From assembly GCA_964486025.1 (NCBI GenBank), contig CAZAKL010000002.1, positions 2,312 through 66,311 of the forward strand: a DNA stretch of 64,000 nt, read 5' to 3'. Under the pieces are notes generated by a model. That model was not told the DNA's origin. It saw only the letters and a list, made by a program, of their open reading frames with translations, and did not search any database. Position 1 is the first letter of the stretch, and each line of letters opens with the position of its first letter. Position numbers and translations under genes: made by a program. This DNA is from an uncultured archaeon (GTDB lineage: Archaea > Iainarchaeota > Iainarchaeia > JAADDC01). This document shows positions 9,116-17,692 of the stretch, piece by piece.

Positions 9116-9757
9116 ATGGTAACGCCCCGACCCGTTTTTGCCATAAACCCGGGATGGAACACGCGTATCGTTCACCCTCGCCTGCGTGCCCTCGTCTTCA
9201 AGCGAAACGTACGTATGATATGGTTGCGGGACGTTTCGTCTCCGGAGGACCTGCGCCGCAAACTGCTCAAATATCTGCCAGAGGGTGTATACTACTGGCG
9301 CAACGTAGTTTCTGACCCATCTCTATGTGCTGGATGCTCCCTGAGATTCTTCCGCCGCCACAACCTTTGTGCGAACTGTCCAAATTTTCTGGGGCAGGAG
9401 CTCATGTTTGACATTGACCCTGAGCGCATACCCTCGCAGCGATTCGAGGATTTAAAGGCTGCGGTCCTCGGGGCATACGATTACCTTTCTGAGATGTTTT
9501 CAGACCTGCGGGTCGTTTTCTCCGGCCGCGGTTTTCATATACACGTCTTTGACCCCGATGCCTTTTTGCTCCCCATATCCGAGCGGAGACGGCTCGTTGA
9601 TGAGCTACGGATGTACGGGGTTGATTCGCAGGTAACCGCTGGCGGCGCGTCTCTTGCCAGACTTCCCTTTACGTTGAACGGGAGGTCGGGGTTCGTTGTA
9701 CAGCCGCTGGAAGTGGAAAAAATAGATGGTTTTGACCCTTACCATTCTTCATCGTAA
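9116..9757 (+). CDS. minimal archaeo-eukaryotic primase (AEP) paralog, PriS-like catalytic core with zinc ribbon
   Basis: AEP motif I LMFDIDPE, motif II VFSGRGFHIHV and motif III VDSQ...LARLPFTLNGRSG each align with the PriS in this window. CAGC...CANC zinc motif. ATG at 9116; the alternative GTG at 9038 is also possible. Confidence 0.6.
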   Translation: MVTPRPVFAINPGWNTRIVHPRLRALVFKRNVRMIWLRDVSSPEDLRRKLLKYLPEGVYYWRNVVSDPSLCAGCSLRFFRRHNLCANCPNFLGQELMFDIDPERIPSQRFEDLKAAVLGAYDYLSEMFSDLRVVFSGRGFHIHVFDPDAFLLPISERRRLVDELRMYGVDSQVTAGGASLARLPFTLNGRSGFVVQPLEVEKIDGFDPYHSSS

Positions 9758-9798
9758 TCTTCATCGTCTAAGTCCTCGTCTTCGTCCCAGTCCTCGTC

Positions 9799-9900
9799 CT
9801 ATTCATCTTCGTCCCAGTCTTCCTCTTCCCACTCCTCTTCGTCGATTTCCTCGCCCTCGTAGTAGTCTTCGTCCTTGAGCTCCTCCTTCTCCTCCACCAT
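9799..9900 (-). CDS. acidic mini-ORF (33 aa, MVEEKEELKDEDYYEGEEIDEEEWEEEDWDEDE), hypothetical
   Basis: ATG at 9900 with a TATA box (9929-9937 on this strand) about 30 nt upstream. An in-frame TAG is followed by 19 more acidic codons running to a TAA at 9739. Confidence 0.25.
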   Translation of the reverse strand: MVEEKEELKDEDYYEGEEIDEEEWEEEDWDEDE

Positions 9901-9928
9901 GGCAATCGCTATGAACGGTTAAGTAGGG

Positions 9929-9958
9929 TTTATAAATCTCGTGCTTGCGCATTTAAAT
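9929..9958. promoter_or_regulatory. pair of TATA boxes (tttataaat / atttaaata) serving divergent leaderless genes
   Basis: 9929-9937 lies about 30 nt upstream of the minus-strand ATG at 9900. 9951-9958 lies about 27 nt upstream of the plus-strand ATG at 9982. Confidence 0.45.
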
Positions 9959-9981
9959 ACTTCCAGGGCGTATTTTCTCTG

Positions 9982-10743
9982 ATGGCTCTGTTCAAGAGGG
10001 TTCTGGCGGACGCTGCAGATGTGGGCCTCCTTGTGCTTGTAATTCTATTCCTCTACGGCCTCTTCTACGCGTTCGGCTCGGTCCTTTCATCCGTTCAGTC
10101 TGCATACGTTCTCACCATTCTCAGCTCTTCGAATCCGATTCTATCCATGCGGCCAGCGTTTTACGATGCTCTCTCTTCCCTGAGTGACCCCCTGACGCTT
10201 CTTTCCATGCTCATTTATGGCATACTTCTGACGTACCTCTCGCTCGTTGTCATTGGCTGGATAGGTAAAAAACGCATTGGCTACCCCGAGAATCCATTCA
10301 AACGGGCAGTGGAAGCGATTATACCGTTCATTATACTTGGAATCGTTGTATTTGCGCCCATTCTCCTGCTTTTCTCCCTCATGCTCTACTTCTCCTCAAA
10401 CGTTACCCTTCTGGTGACCTTTTTCGTGCTATTCCTCGTCTTTTTGCTTGTCTACGTCCCAATCGTGTCCCCTTCCATGGTTTCCCTCGTTCTCGACGCC
10501 GATTCTGTCTCCAAGGCCCTGAGGAATGGTGTGCTCGTGGGTCGGCGGAGGTGGATACGCATACTCATTTACATGTTTGGTGTGGCGGTTGTCACATCCC
10601 TCTTTCTGTATCTCTTCAACGCGATTGCGATGTACTTCCCGCCGCTCTCCGATTTCCTCCTTGTTCTCTACCAGGCGATATCCTTCGTCCTGCCACTGGC
10701 CGTGCTGACAGAGGTGTATGTGGCGGACACTTACGGTGAGTAG
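9982..10743 (+). CDS. integral membrane protein (about 7 TM), hypothetical
   Basis: 253 aa, highly hydrophobic. The stop abuts the tmcA start. Confidence 0.6.
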   Translation: MALFKRVLADAADVGLLVLVILFLYGLFYAFGSVLSSVQSAYVLTILSSSNPILSMRPAFYDALSSLSDPLTLLSMLIYGILLTYLSLVVIGWIGKKRIGYPENPFKRAVEAIIPFIILGIVVFAPILLLFSLMLYFSSNVTLLVTFFVLFLVFLLVYVPIVSPSMVSLVLDADSVSKALRNGVLVGRRRWIRILIYMFGVAVVTSLFLYLFNAIAMYFPPLSDFLLVLYQAISFVLPLAVLTEVYVADTYGE

Positions 10744-10744
10744 A

Positions 10745-13018
10745 ATGGATTTTGTCAGGGAGGCACTTGAGGCGGCAAAGGTCACTCGTCAGCGTCGGCT
10801 CTTCGTGGTCTCCGGCGACTGGAAGAGGGGCATGAAGGTAGTGGGCAACATACTTCAAGAAGCGAAGAATTACGTGGGGAAGGACCTTCTCTACTTTGCG
10901 GAGTTTCCGAAGGAATCGGATATTGGCGAGCGCCGCTTCAAGGAGTTTGCCAGAAACATACACGGGCTTGGCTACCTCGTCCAGAAGAAGCCCTTTGCCA
11001 TGGCCAACACCGTGCTTGGCAGGACCTATGACGTCCTCGTCCTTGATGCCTATGAGAACTTCCCCCCACGGGACATAGGCATCATAGTGGAGACGGTCCG
11101 CGGTCCGGGTGTCATAATCCTCCTCGTTCCCGAGCTTCCGAAGTGGGTATCCTCTAAGCTTTACTTCCACGGGCAGTACGTCGTCACGCCGCCGTACTCC
11201 GTCGAGGACTGCAGGAACATATTCCTCAACCGGGTTGTGAAGAAGCTCTTCGAGCACGACGGCATATACATTCTCTCCGACGACGGGAAGCTCGTAAAGA
11301 AGCCAAAGGAGAAAAAGGCAAAGAAGAAGGTAAAGAGGCTGAAAATACCGAAGGACAGGGAGTTCCCCGAGGAGATATACAAACTGGCGGTTACTCAGGA
11401 CCAGATTAACGTCATACACGCCCTTGAATCCGTTCCAAAGAATAAGAAGCATGCGTACGTTGTTCTTGCAGATAGGGGGCGTGGCAAGTCTGCCGCTATA
11501 GGTCTTACCCTGGCGGGCATACTTTCCCAGAAAAAATGGGAGGTCATTGTAACCGCACCATCCTTTCAGAACGCTGAAGAGGTCTTCAAATTCATAAAAA
11601 TAGGTCTTGATGCCCTCGGAGTGGAGTATAAAGATAAGAAACGGGAGATAAGGGTCAAATCCGGCGGCGAGGTGGCATTTCTTGAACCGCTGGATACAGT
11701 GGAGCGCAAGGCGGACATACTCGTGGTTGACGAGGCAGCAGGTATTTACGTGTCTATTTTGAAGGCGTTCCTGCGGCGCTACAAGCGCATTATATTCTCC
11801 ACGACTACCCACGGCTATGAGGGAACCGGCCGCCTCTTCCAGTACCGCTTCCTCCCGGCGCTGGAGAAAAAGTTCGAGGTGCACCAGCTCCGTATGAGTG
11901 AGCCCATTCGCTACGGCGAGGGGGACCCCATTGAATCCTGGCTCTATGACGTTTTCCTCCTCGATGCAGAGCCGGCAGACCTTACAAAGAAAGACCTGAA
12001 GGAAATAGAGCAGGGTAAGCTTGTTTTCGAGAAACTGGATGTGGAGAAGCTGTTTCTTGAGGACGAGAAGACGTTGCGCCAGTTTATCGGTATTTACGTC
12101 TACGCGCATTACCGGAACAACCCGCGCGATATTGCAATCCTTGCGGATGCGCCGAACCAGAATGCCTTCGTCGTCAAGACGGAGTCCGGAAAGGTTGTGT
12201 GCTCCCTTCAGGTGGCGGAGGAGGGGGGGCTGCCAAAGGCGGTTATCGACCTGCTTAAGGAGGGAGAAATTGTCCAGGGGAACATTGTCCCCGACCTCAT
12301 GCTCAAGTACTACGGCTACGACAACTTTGCCCGCGCAAAGGGGCTGCGTGTCGTCCGAATTGCAACCCATCCTGAGCTTCAGGGGAGGGGTATCGGTTCC
12401 TTCGGCCTCAAAAACCTCATAAGCTATGCGGTGGAAAACGAGTATGCATGGGTGGGCGCAGTCTTCGGAGCATCCGAGCAGCTTCTCCGATTCTGGCTCA
12501 AGAACGGCTTTATACCTGTCCACGTTTCGCCCAAGCGCAACCCAGAGTCCGGGGAGTATTCTACGGCGGTCCTGCACCCGCTCAGACAGGCAATCAAAGA
12601 TATAATCAATGTATCGAACTTCGGTATGAAGCTGCGCCTTGCCTACGAGCTCGATAATTTCTACAGGAACATGGACCCAGAGGTTGCCCTTCAGCTTTTC
12701 GCATCGGGGGAGCGCAGGGACGTCCCGCTCGACCTCACGACGCCGGAGAAGAGAAAGCTCAAACGCATGGTGGAGGGCGGTCTGCACTACGACGCCGTCT
12801 CGGAGGTCGTATACCGCATGACGATAAACTACTTCATCGGGCGCATGGAGCCGCCCATGGAGGACAAGGACCGCCTGTATCTCATAGAGAAGGTGCTCAA
12901 GAAGCGCACGTGGAAGGGTGTGGGGGACGTGTTCAATAAGGATCCCATGAAGGTCGCGCGGCGGCTGGACAGAATCCTCTACGGGCTTGCCCGCTGGTAT
13001 CTGGGTGAGCTCTCTTGA
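10745..13018 (+). CDS. tmcA: tRNA/rRNA cytidine N4-acetyltransferase (TmcA/Nat10 homolog)
   Basis: DUF1726-like N-terminus, helicase-type Walker A ADRGRGKS, VVDEAA, and a C-terminal GNAT motif QGRGIGS. About 758 aa. Confidence 0.9.
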   Translation: MDFVREALEAAKVTRQRRLFVVSGDWKRGMKVVGNILQEAKNYVGKDLLYFAEFPKESDIGERRFKEFARNIHGLGYLVQKKPFAMANTVLGRTYDVLVLDAYENFPPRDIGIIVETVRGPGVIILLVPELPKWVSSKLYFHGQYVVTPPYSVEDCRNIFLNRVVKKLFEHDGIYILSDDGKLVKKPKEKKAKKKVKRLKIPKDREFPEEIYKLAVTQDQINVIHALESVPKNKKHAYVVLADRGRGKSAAIGLTLAGILSQKKWEVIVTAPSFQNAEEVFKFIKIGLDALGVEYKDKKREIRVKSGGEVAFLEPLDTVERKADILVVDEAAGIYVSILKAFLRRYKRIIFSTTTHGYEGTGRLFQYRFLPALEKKFEVHQLRMSEPIRYGEGDPIESWLYDVFLLDAEPADLTKKDLKEIEQGKLVFEKLDVEKLFLEDEKTLRQFIGIYVYAHYRNNPRDIAILADAPNQNAFVVKTESGKVVCSLQVAEEGGLPKAVIDLLKEGEIVQGNIVPDLMLKYYGYDNFARAKGLRVVRIATHPELQGRGIGSFGLKNLISYAVENEYAWVGAVFGASEQLLRFWLKNGFIPVHVSPKRNPESGEYSTAVLHPLRQAIKDIINVSNFGMKLRLAYELDNFYRNMDPEVALQLFASGERRDVPLDLTTPEKRKLKRMVEGGLHYDAVSEVVYRMTINYFIGRMEPPMEDKDRLYLIEKVLKKRTWKGVGDVFNKDPMKVARRLDRILYGLARWYLGELS

Positions 13019-13326
13019 TGCTCCACTTCCGTCCGGAGTATGAGAAGGATGTGCTCACCGGAAGGAAGAGAATCACCATACGCTACGGCAGGAAATACGA
13101 TGTGCGGCCCGGCAACATCGTTTATCTTGCTGTCCGCGGGAAGCCAATCGCCCGTGCAAAGATTACCCACGTCTACGTTAAAAAACTGAGGGAACTGAGC
13201 GAGCATGAGATAAAGATGGAGGGGTTCAAATCTCTCCATGCCCTCATAAAGCATCTGCGCAGGATATACCCAGATATCGGCCCGGACTCATACGTAACAG
13301 TCCTCCGCTGGAAACTCCTCCGATAG
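13018..13326 (+). CDS. ASCH-domain protein, YqfB-like (putative N4-acylcytidine amidohydrolase)
   Basis: 103 aa. GRKRITIR ASCH signature and a C-terminal IYPD...YVTVLRW region align with E. coli YqfB. The start overlaps the tmcA stop (TGATG). Confidence 0.75.
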   Translation: MLHFRPEYEKDVLTGRKRITIRYGRKYDVRPGNIVYLAVRGKPIARAKITHVYVKKLRELSEHEIKMEGFKSLHALIKHLRRIYPDIGPDSYVTVLRWKLLR

Positions 13327-13365
13327 GTATTTATACGAGGTGTCCCTTCTTTTCAGGGTGATAGC

Positions 13366-13671
13366 ATGTGCAAGGACGCGTATACGCTTGCAATATGGAC
13401 GCTCCTGGTTGTTTCTGCCCTTGTTGGCGCGTACCAGATATATAATATAGCCATCAATCCACAGCTCGCGCCTCAGGCCATTCTGCTCTTGGCGTACGTA
13501 GCTTACGCCATGCCCATTGTCGCACTGGTTCTGTACGCCATAAAGCAGGTACGCTGGCTCTCAGCAGTCGCAGCAGCCCTTGCGGTGGCGCTTGCAAATT
13601 CCATACCAATGGCCACGTTCCTTATACTCTACATTTACGGGACGGTCAGCGGAAAGGAGCAGCGCCACTAA
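13366..13671 (+). CDS. small membrane protein (3 TM), hypothetical
   Basis: 101 aa, hydrophobic. Confidence 0.5.
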   Translation: MCKDAYTLAIWTLLVVSALVGAYQIYNIAINPQLAPQAILLLAYVAYAMPIVALVLYAIKQVRWLSAVAAALAVALANSIPMATFLILYIYGTVSGKEQRH

Positions 13672-13680
13672 TTTATAAAC
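13671..13680 (+). promoter_or_regulatory. TATA box (atttataaac) upstream of orc1/cdc6
   Basis: Lies about 25 nt upstream of the ATG at 13700. Confidence 0.4.
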
Positions 13681-13699
13681 TCCCTTCCCTTTTTCTCTG

Positions 13700-14752
13700 A
13701 TGGGCCTCTTTGATGCGCCGAGTGCCGACATACTTCTCCGTCCCGAAGTCCTCGATACTGACTACATTCCCGATGTTCTCCCCCACAGAGAGGCCCAGAT
13801 GAGAGACATTGCATCTACAATTTCGTATGCCCTCGAGTCGGGCCGCTCTTCCAACGTATTCATTGTTGGTCCGCCCGGAACGGGTAAGACTGCCTCTGTA
13901 CGTTACGTTCTCCGGGAGCTGTCTTCGTACTCCCCGCTGACTTTCCAGACGTACGTAAACTGCTGGGTTTACCGCACACGTTACTCCATTATTTCCTTTC
14001 TCGCCAAGGAGCTGCGTGTGCCCGTCCCGCGGCGGGGGGTGGCACCGGATGAGGCATACGACCGCATATTCTCCCGTCTGAACGACTCAAGAGGCGCAGT
14101 CATAGTCCTTGACGAGGTGGACCGCCTCTCTCGCGAGTCTTCGGAGGTTCTTTACGACTTTTCACGTCTGCACGAGTTTCTGGAAATACCGGCGGTCATC
14201 ATAACGATAGCGAACACCGAATCCTTCGTGTACAGGCTGGACCCGCGCATATACTCCACGCTCTTCTCTAGGAAGATAGAGTACAAACCGTACACCGTCC
14301 CGCAGCTGAAGGACATCCTCCGCGAGCGTGCAAAGCTCGCCCTCGCCGACGGGAGCTATGACGATAACATCCTCGGCCTGTGTGCAGCCATAGGATGGAA
14401 ACGTGGGGGAGATGCCCGTGCTGCCATCTCCTGTCTTTACGAGGCGGCGGTTCTTGCCGAGCGGAGTGGGGCAGACAGGATAACTCCCGAGCATGTGCGC
14501 AGCGTTGCACCGCAAATCGTATCCTCCCGCCACGAGCATCTCGAGCCGAAGTACGTTCCCATTGTCGAGATACTCAGGGCGGAAGGGGAGCTGACCGTTC
14601 GCGAGCTCTATGAGCGTTACGTGCGCAGAGTGGGGAAGATTACCCTCCGCGCATTCCGTAACTATCTGAGGGAGCTTGAGGCCTTGGGGGTTATAGAAAT
14701 GCGCCGTCTGAATGTGCGGGGGTACGTTCGGGCGGTCCGCTTGAAGGAATGA
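13700..14752 (+). CDS. orc1: Orc1/Cdc6 replication initiator (AAA+ plus winged helix)
   Basis: Walker A GPPGTGKT, Walker B VLDEVD, sensor motifs, and a C-terminal wH domain. 350 aa. Confidence 0.9.
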   Translation: MGLFDAPSADILLRPEVLDTDYIPDVLPHREAQMRDIASTISYALESGRSSNVFIVGPPGTGKTASVRYVLRELSSYSPLTFQTYVNCWVYRTRYSIISFLAKELRVPVPRRGVAPDEAYDRIFSRLNDSRGAVIVLDEVDRLSRESSEVLYDFSRLHEFLEIPAVIITIANTESFVYRLDPRIYSTLFSRKIEYKPYTVPQLKDILRERAKLALADGSYDDNILGLCAAIGWKRGGDARAAISCLYEAAVLAERSGADRITPEHVRSVAPQIVSSRHEHLEPKYVPIVEILRAEGELTVRELYERYVRRVGKITLRAFRNYLRELEALGVIEMRRLNVRGYVRAVRLKE

Positions 14753-14780
14753 TTATAAATGAGCAGGGCGTTTTAACCAC

Positions 14781-15023
14781 ATGGACAACCGCGAAGTTGC
14801 CCTGGAACTGCTGAAAATATTTTTGGAGACACACAGGGAGAAGGTGGAACTGGATGAGCTTGTTGATGCGTATCTTTACATACTGGATATACTCGAGCAC
14901 GGGCACCCGGCGGAGCAGCAGGGAAATGCGCCAGCACCGGAGGGTCCCGCGCCCGGCGACAGCGGGGACGACTCTCTCTTCGACTTTAAGCAGCCGTTGA
15001 GCGTTTCTGACAAGGAAGTGTGA
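14781..15023 (+). CDS. small hypothetical protein (80 aa)
   Basis: ORF with a TATA box (ttataaat) at about 14754. Acidic, Pro-rich C-terminus. Confidence 0.4.
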   Translation: MDNREVALELLKIFLETHREKVELDELVDAYLYILDILEHGHPAEQQGNAPAPEGPAPGDSGDDSLFDFKQPLSVSDKEV

Positions 15024-15761
15024 TTAGAGCCCCTCTATGGGGTACACCACTATTCCCCTTTCTCTCGTTATTTCCAGCGGGTGGACGAACTCCGAGTGCT
15101 TTGTGCCGCGCATCTTACGAACCTGTAGTGTTCTCGTTGCCCTTCCGCCAAGAGAACCGTATCTCAGAACAATTAGCCCATCTGCGACATACTCTTCCAC
15201 GCCATACTTCGAGTACACGCCTGCGTTCTCCGGAATCTCTGTCGTGACAATTGATGTGACCCCCGTCTTTGCCAGGACGTACGACATCTTCAGAATTGCC
15301 TTTCGCACCTCCACTTCCGTGTCGTACTTGAAGCCCAGCGCGGGAAGAGAGTCTACGACGAGACGCTTCGCTCCCATTTCCTTCACGGCCTTTATGACTT
15401 CCACAAGGAGTTTATCTAGGCTGAAGCCCGTCTCGGGGAGCGCGTATTCCTCCTCGGACGGTATACCCACCTTCGTAACCGTCCCGTCAATAATACGTAT
15501 CATGCCCTTGTCCTCAAGCGCCTTGAAGTCCCAGCCAAACTGGAGCATGTCTTCGCGAATCGTGGCAGGTCTCTCATCAAGAGTTACAAAGACCCCCGGC
15601 TCGCCGTAATCCACTGCTCCCCTGTATATGAACTGTGCGGAGAAAATCGTTTTCCCAGTTCCCGTGGACCCTGATACGAGGACCATCCTCCTTCTCGGTA
15701 TTCCGCCCTCTATCAGCTCATCGAGACCGTCTATTCCCGTGGGTGCGCGTTCCATGCTCAT
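15024..15761 (-). CDS. KaiC-like RecA-superfamily ATPase (single domain)
   Basis: PTGIDGLDELIEGGIP...GSTGTGKTIFSAQFIYRG closely matches the KaiC N-domain Walker A context. 245 aa. Confidence 0.8.
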   Translation of the reverse strand: MSMERAPTGIDGLDELIEGGIPRRRMVLVSGSTGTGKTIFSAQFIYRGAVDYGEPGVFVTLDERPATIREDMLQFGWDFKALEDKGMIRIIDGTVTKVGIPSEEEYALPETGFSLDKLLVEVIKAVKEMGAKRLVVDSLPALGFKYDTEVEVRKAILKMSYVLAKTGVTSIVTTEIPENAGVYSKYGVEEYVADGLIVLRYGSLGGRATRTLQVRKMRGTKHSEFVHPLEITRERGIVVYPIEGL

Positions 15762-15821
15762 AGATGGAAGAGGTCATTTATATGCCCTTTGCCCCCAGAG
15801 TATATCGTGGCTTCCCGTCGC

Positions 15822-16151
15822 ATGCATGCAAAGGATTTAACGATTTCTGAGGTTTCCGGCGACGGCGAGCGTGTTGCAGTTCTGTGCACGGTTGTCGAAT
15901 TCGAGCCGAATAGAATGGAGGGAAAGATTGACGACGGAACGGGTATGGCCACCTTTATACTTGAAGACTCGCTCTTCGCCGAGAAAATTCGGGAAGGCGG
16001 CCTCGTTCGCGTTGTAGGCAGGGCTTATAAATCGGAGGATGGACTATTAATTAGGGCGGAAGTCATTCAGGATATGAGCGAGGTTGACCCGGCTCTTTAC
16101 GCTCAAATACGCGAACTGGAAAGGAGGGTTTACAATGAAAGTGGTGTTTGA
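15822..16151 (+). CDS. small OB-fold nucleic-acid-binding protein (RPA/tRNA_anti-like)
   Basis: About 109 aa from the ATG at 15822 (the TTG at 15789 is less likely). The pattern GERVAVLCTVVEF...DDGTG...VRVVG is typical of RPA-type OB folds. Confidence 0.5.
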   Translation: MHAKDLTISEVSGDGERVAVLCTVVEFEPNRMEGKIDDGTGMATFILEDSLFAEKIREGGLVRVVGRAYKSEDGLLIRAEVIQDMSEVDPALYAQIRELERRVYNESGV

Positions 16152-16884
16152 TAGCGCAGATGTTCTTAAGAAGAGTGTGAAGGCTCTTTCAGCTCTTATC
16201 GACGAAGGGGAGTTCATATTCGATGAGGAGGGCATGAAGCTGCGCGCGACTGACCCATCTAAGATTGCGATGGTGGATTTCTCCCTTCCAAAGCATGCCT
16301 TCCGCGAGTACGATGTTCCCGGTCCTGTGAAGGTGGGCCTGAATCTCTCCGACCTTCAGGACGTCTTCAAGAAGGCGAAGTCCTCAGAGTCCGTTGAAAT
16401 GTCACTTTCCGAGGACGGTTCCCGCTTCACGATTGAGCTCGTCGGCCGTGCGCGCCGCCGTTTCGTCCTGTCGGTCCTCGACCTCGGCGGTATGGAGCTT
16501 CCGCTCCCGAAGATACCATTCACCGCCACCGCAAAGGTTATAGCGGACGTATTCGCATCTGCGCTGGACGACGCATCTTCCTTCTCTACGCACGTGACCA
16601 TAGAAGTCACGCCAGAGGAATTCACGATGCGGGCGTCTGGCAGCAAGGGCGAGTACGCCCTTGAGCTGAAGAAGGACGTTCACGATGCGCTCCTCGACCT
16701 GAATGTCTCCGAGCGTGCAAGGGCATCGTACCCGCTTGACTACCTGGAGGACATGGTCTCACAGGCAAACAAGAGCGCTGCAATAACCATTTCCCTCTCG
16801 ACGGATGCGCCCCTGAAGCTGGCGTATGCGATAGGTGATGCAAACTTTGTATACTTCCTGGCGCCCAGAATAGAGACGGGTTGA
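16135..16884 (+). CDS. pcnA: DNA polymerase sliding clamp PCNA (paralog A)
   Basis: 250 aa, PCNA fold signature throughout, C-terminal LAPRIE. GGAGG lies 7 nt upstream of the ATG. Confidence 0.9.
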   Translation: MKVVFDSADVLKKSVKALSALIDEGEFIFDEEGMKLRATDPSKIAMVDFSLPKHAFREYDVPGPVKVGLNLSDLQDVFKKAKSSESVEMSLSEDGSRFTIELVGRARRRFVLSVLDLGGMELPLPKIPFTATAKVIADVFASALDDASSFSTHVTIEVTPEEFTMRASGSKGEYALELKKDVHDALLDLNVSERARASYPLDYLEDMVSQANKSAAITISLSTDAPLKLAYAIGDANFVYFLAPRIETG

Positions 16885-16888
16885 TAGC

Positions 16889-17638
16889 ATGGAGCAGCTA
16901 CACGTCCTCCTTGAAGACCCGAAGCCGTGGAAGCAGGCGGTGGATGCCCTCTACTCCTTTCTTCCCGAGGGTGTTTTTTACTTCGGGGAAGATGGCGTCC
17001 GCCTGCGGGCGATAGACCCATCTCAAGTCGTCTTTGTGGACTTCTTTGCTCCGCGTTCCATATTTTCCAGATATGAGCTGGCGAGCTCCCCCATACGTGT
17101 TCCCCTTGACCTCAATGAGTATGCAAAGATTCTGGCGCGCGTTTCTGGAGGGGAACGGCTGAGCATGGTGCTTGAGGACGTTAATCTCTCTGTTGTCCTT
17201 GAACGACCGGACGGTTCTCTCCGCAGGGAGTTCTACGTCCCTCTTATGGATATCCCGGACCACGATGTGGAAATGTCCCCCGTTGAGGGGGCGGTCACTG
17301 TCCAAATCCTCGGCAAGATTATGAAGGATGCCCTGAAGGACGCTGGCATATTCTCGTCCTCCGCCGTCATTGTAGCACGTGACGACATATTCATGGTGGA
17401 GGCAAAGGGACAGGCGGGCGTGACGAGGACTGTTGCCAGGAAGGGCGACGCCGTCAGAATAGAGGGCGGTCCGGAGGCAGTCTCTCGTTATTCCCTCTCA
17501 TTCCTGCAGAATATTATACGTCCGGCGGACCCGGACAGCTTTGTGACGCTTTCCTTCGGCAACGACACGCCCCTGAGCATATCCTACAAGATAGGGGACA
17601 TATCGCTCCGTTTCTATCTCGCACATATGATACTCTGA
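16889..17638 (+). CDS. PCNA paralog B (divergent)
   Basis: 249 aa with PCNA-like architecture (both N and C domains). Only distant identity to paralog A. Confidence 0.8.
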   Translation: MEQLHVLLEDPKPWKQAVDALYSFLPEGVFYFGEDGVRLRAIDPSQVVFVDFFAPRSIFSRYELASSPIRVPLDLNEYAKILARVSGGERLSMVLEDVNLSVVLERPDGSLRREFYVPLMDIPDHDVEMSPVEGAVTVQILGKIMKDALKDAGIFSSSAVIVARDDIFMVEAKGQAGVTRTVARKGDAVRIEGGPEAVSRYSLSFLQNIIRPADPDSFVTLSFGNDTPLSISYKIGDISLRFYLAHMIL

Positions 17639-17639
17639 C

Positions 17640-17670
17640 GGTTCACATTTCGAACCTTTTCTCTTTTTGT
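17640..17670 (+). terminator. hairpin (GGTTC-7nt-GAACC) followed by a T-rich tract
   Basis: Seen directly after the PCNA-B stop: ggttcacatttcgaacc, then ttttctcttttt. Confidence 0.4.
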
Positions 17671-17692
17671 AGCGTTTCCCCCAAGTTATACC

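Noticed and set aside
9760-9900. Repetitive GAx/GAC-rich DNA considered as a possible CRISPR or tandem repeat array
   Set aside because: The repetition is at codon level (an acidic Asp/Glu run with an imperfect 24-nt duplication). There are no spacer-repeat units, so it is not a CRISPR array. No CRISPR arrays were seen elsewhere in the window.
10616-12787. 723-aa ORF on the minus strand
   Set aside because: It lies entirely antisense to the well-supported tmcA gene. Long open antisense frames are expected in GC-rich coding DNA, it shows no family resemblance, and it has no promoter or start context.
13327-14780. Search for origin recognition boxes (ORB/mini-ORB inverted repeats) flanking orc1/cdc6
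   Set aside because: The intergenic regions are only 28-40 bp and contain just TATA elements. No repeated ORB-like motifs were found, so no origin is called in this window.
15789-15821. TTG-initiated 5' extension of the OB-fold gene
   Set aside because: The in-frame ATG at 15822 leaves room for a TATA box (about 15797-15807). The extension adds a non-conserved basic tail.
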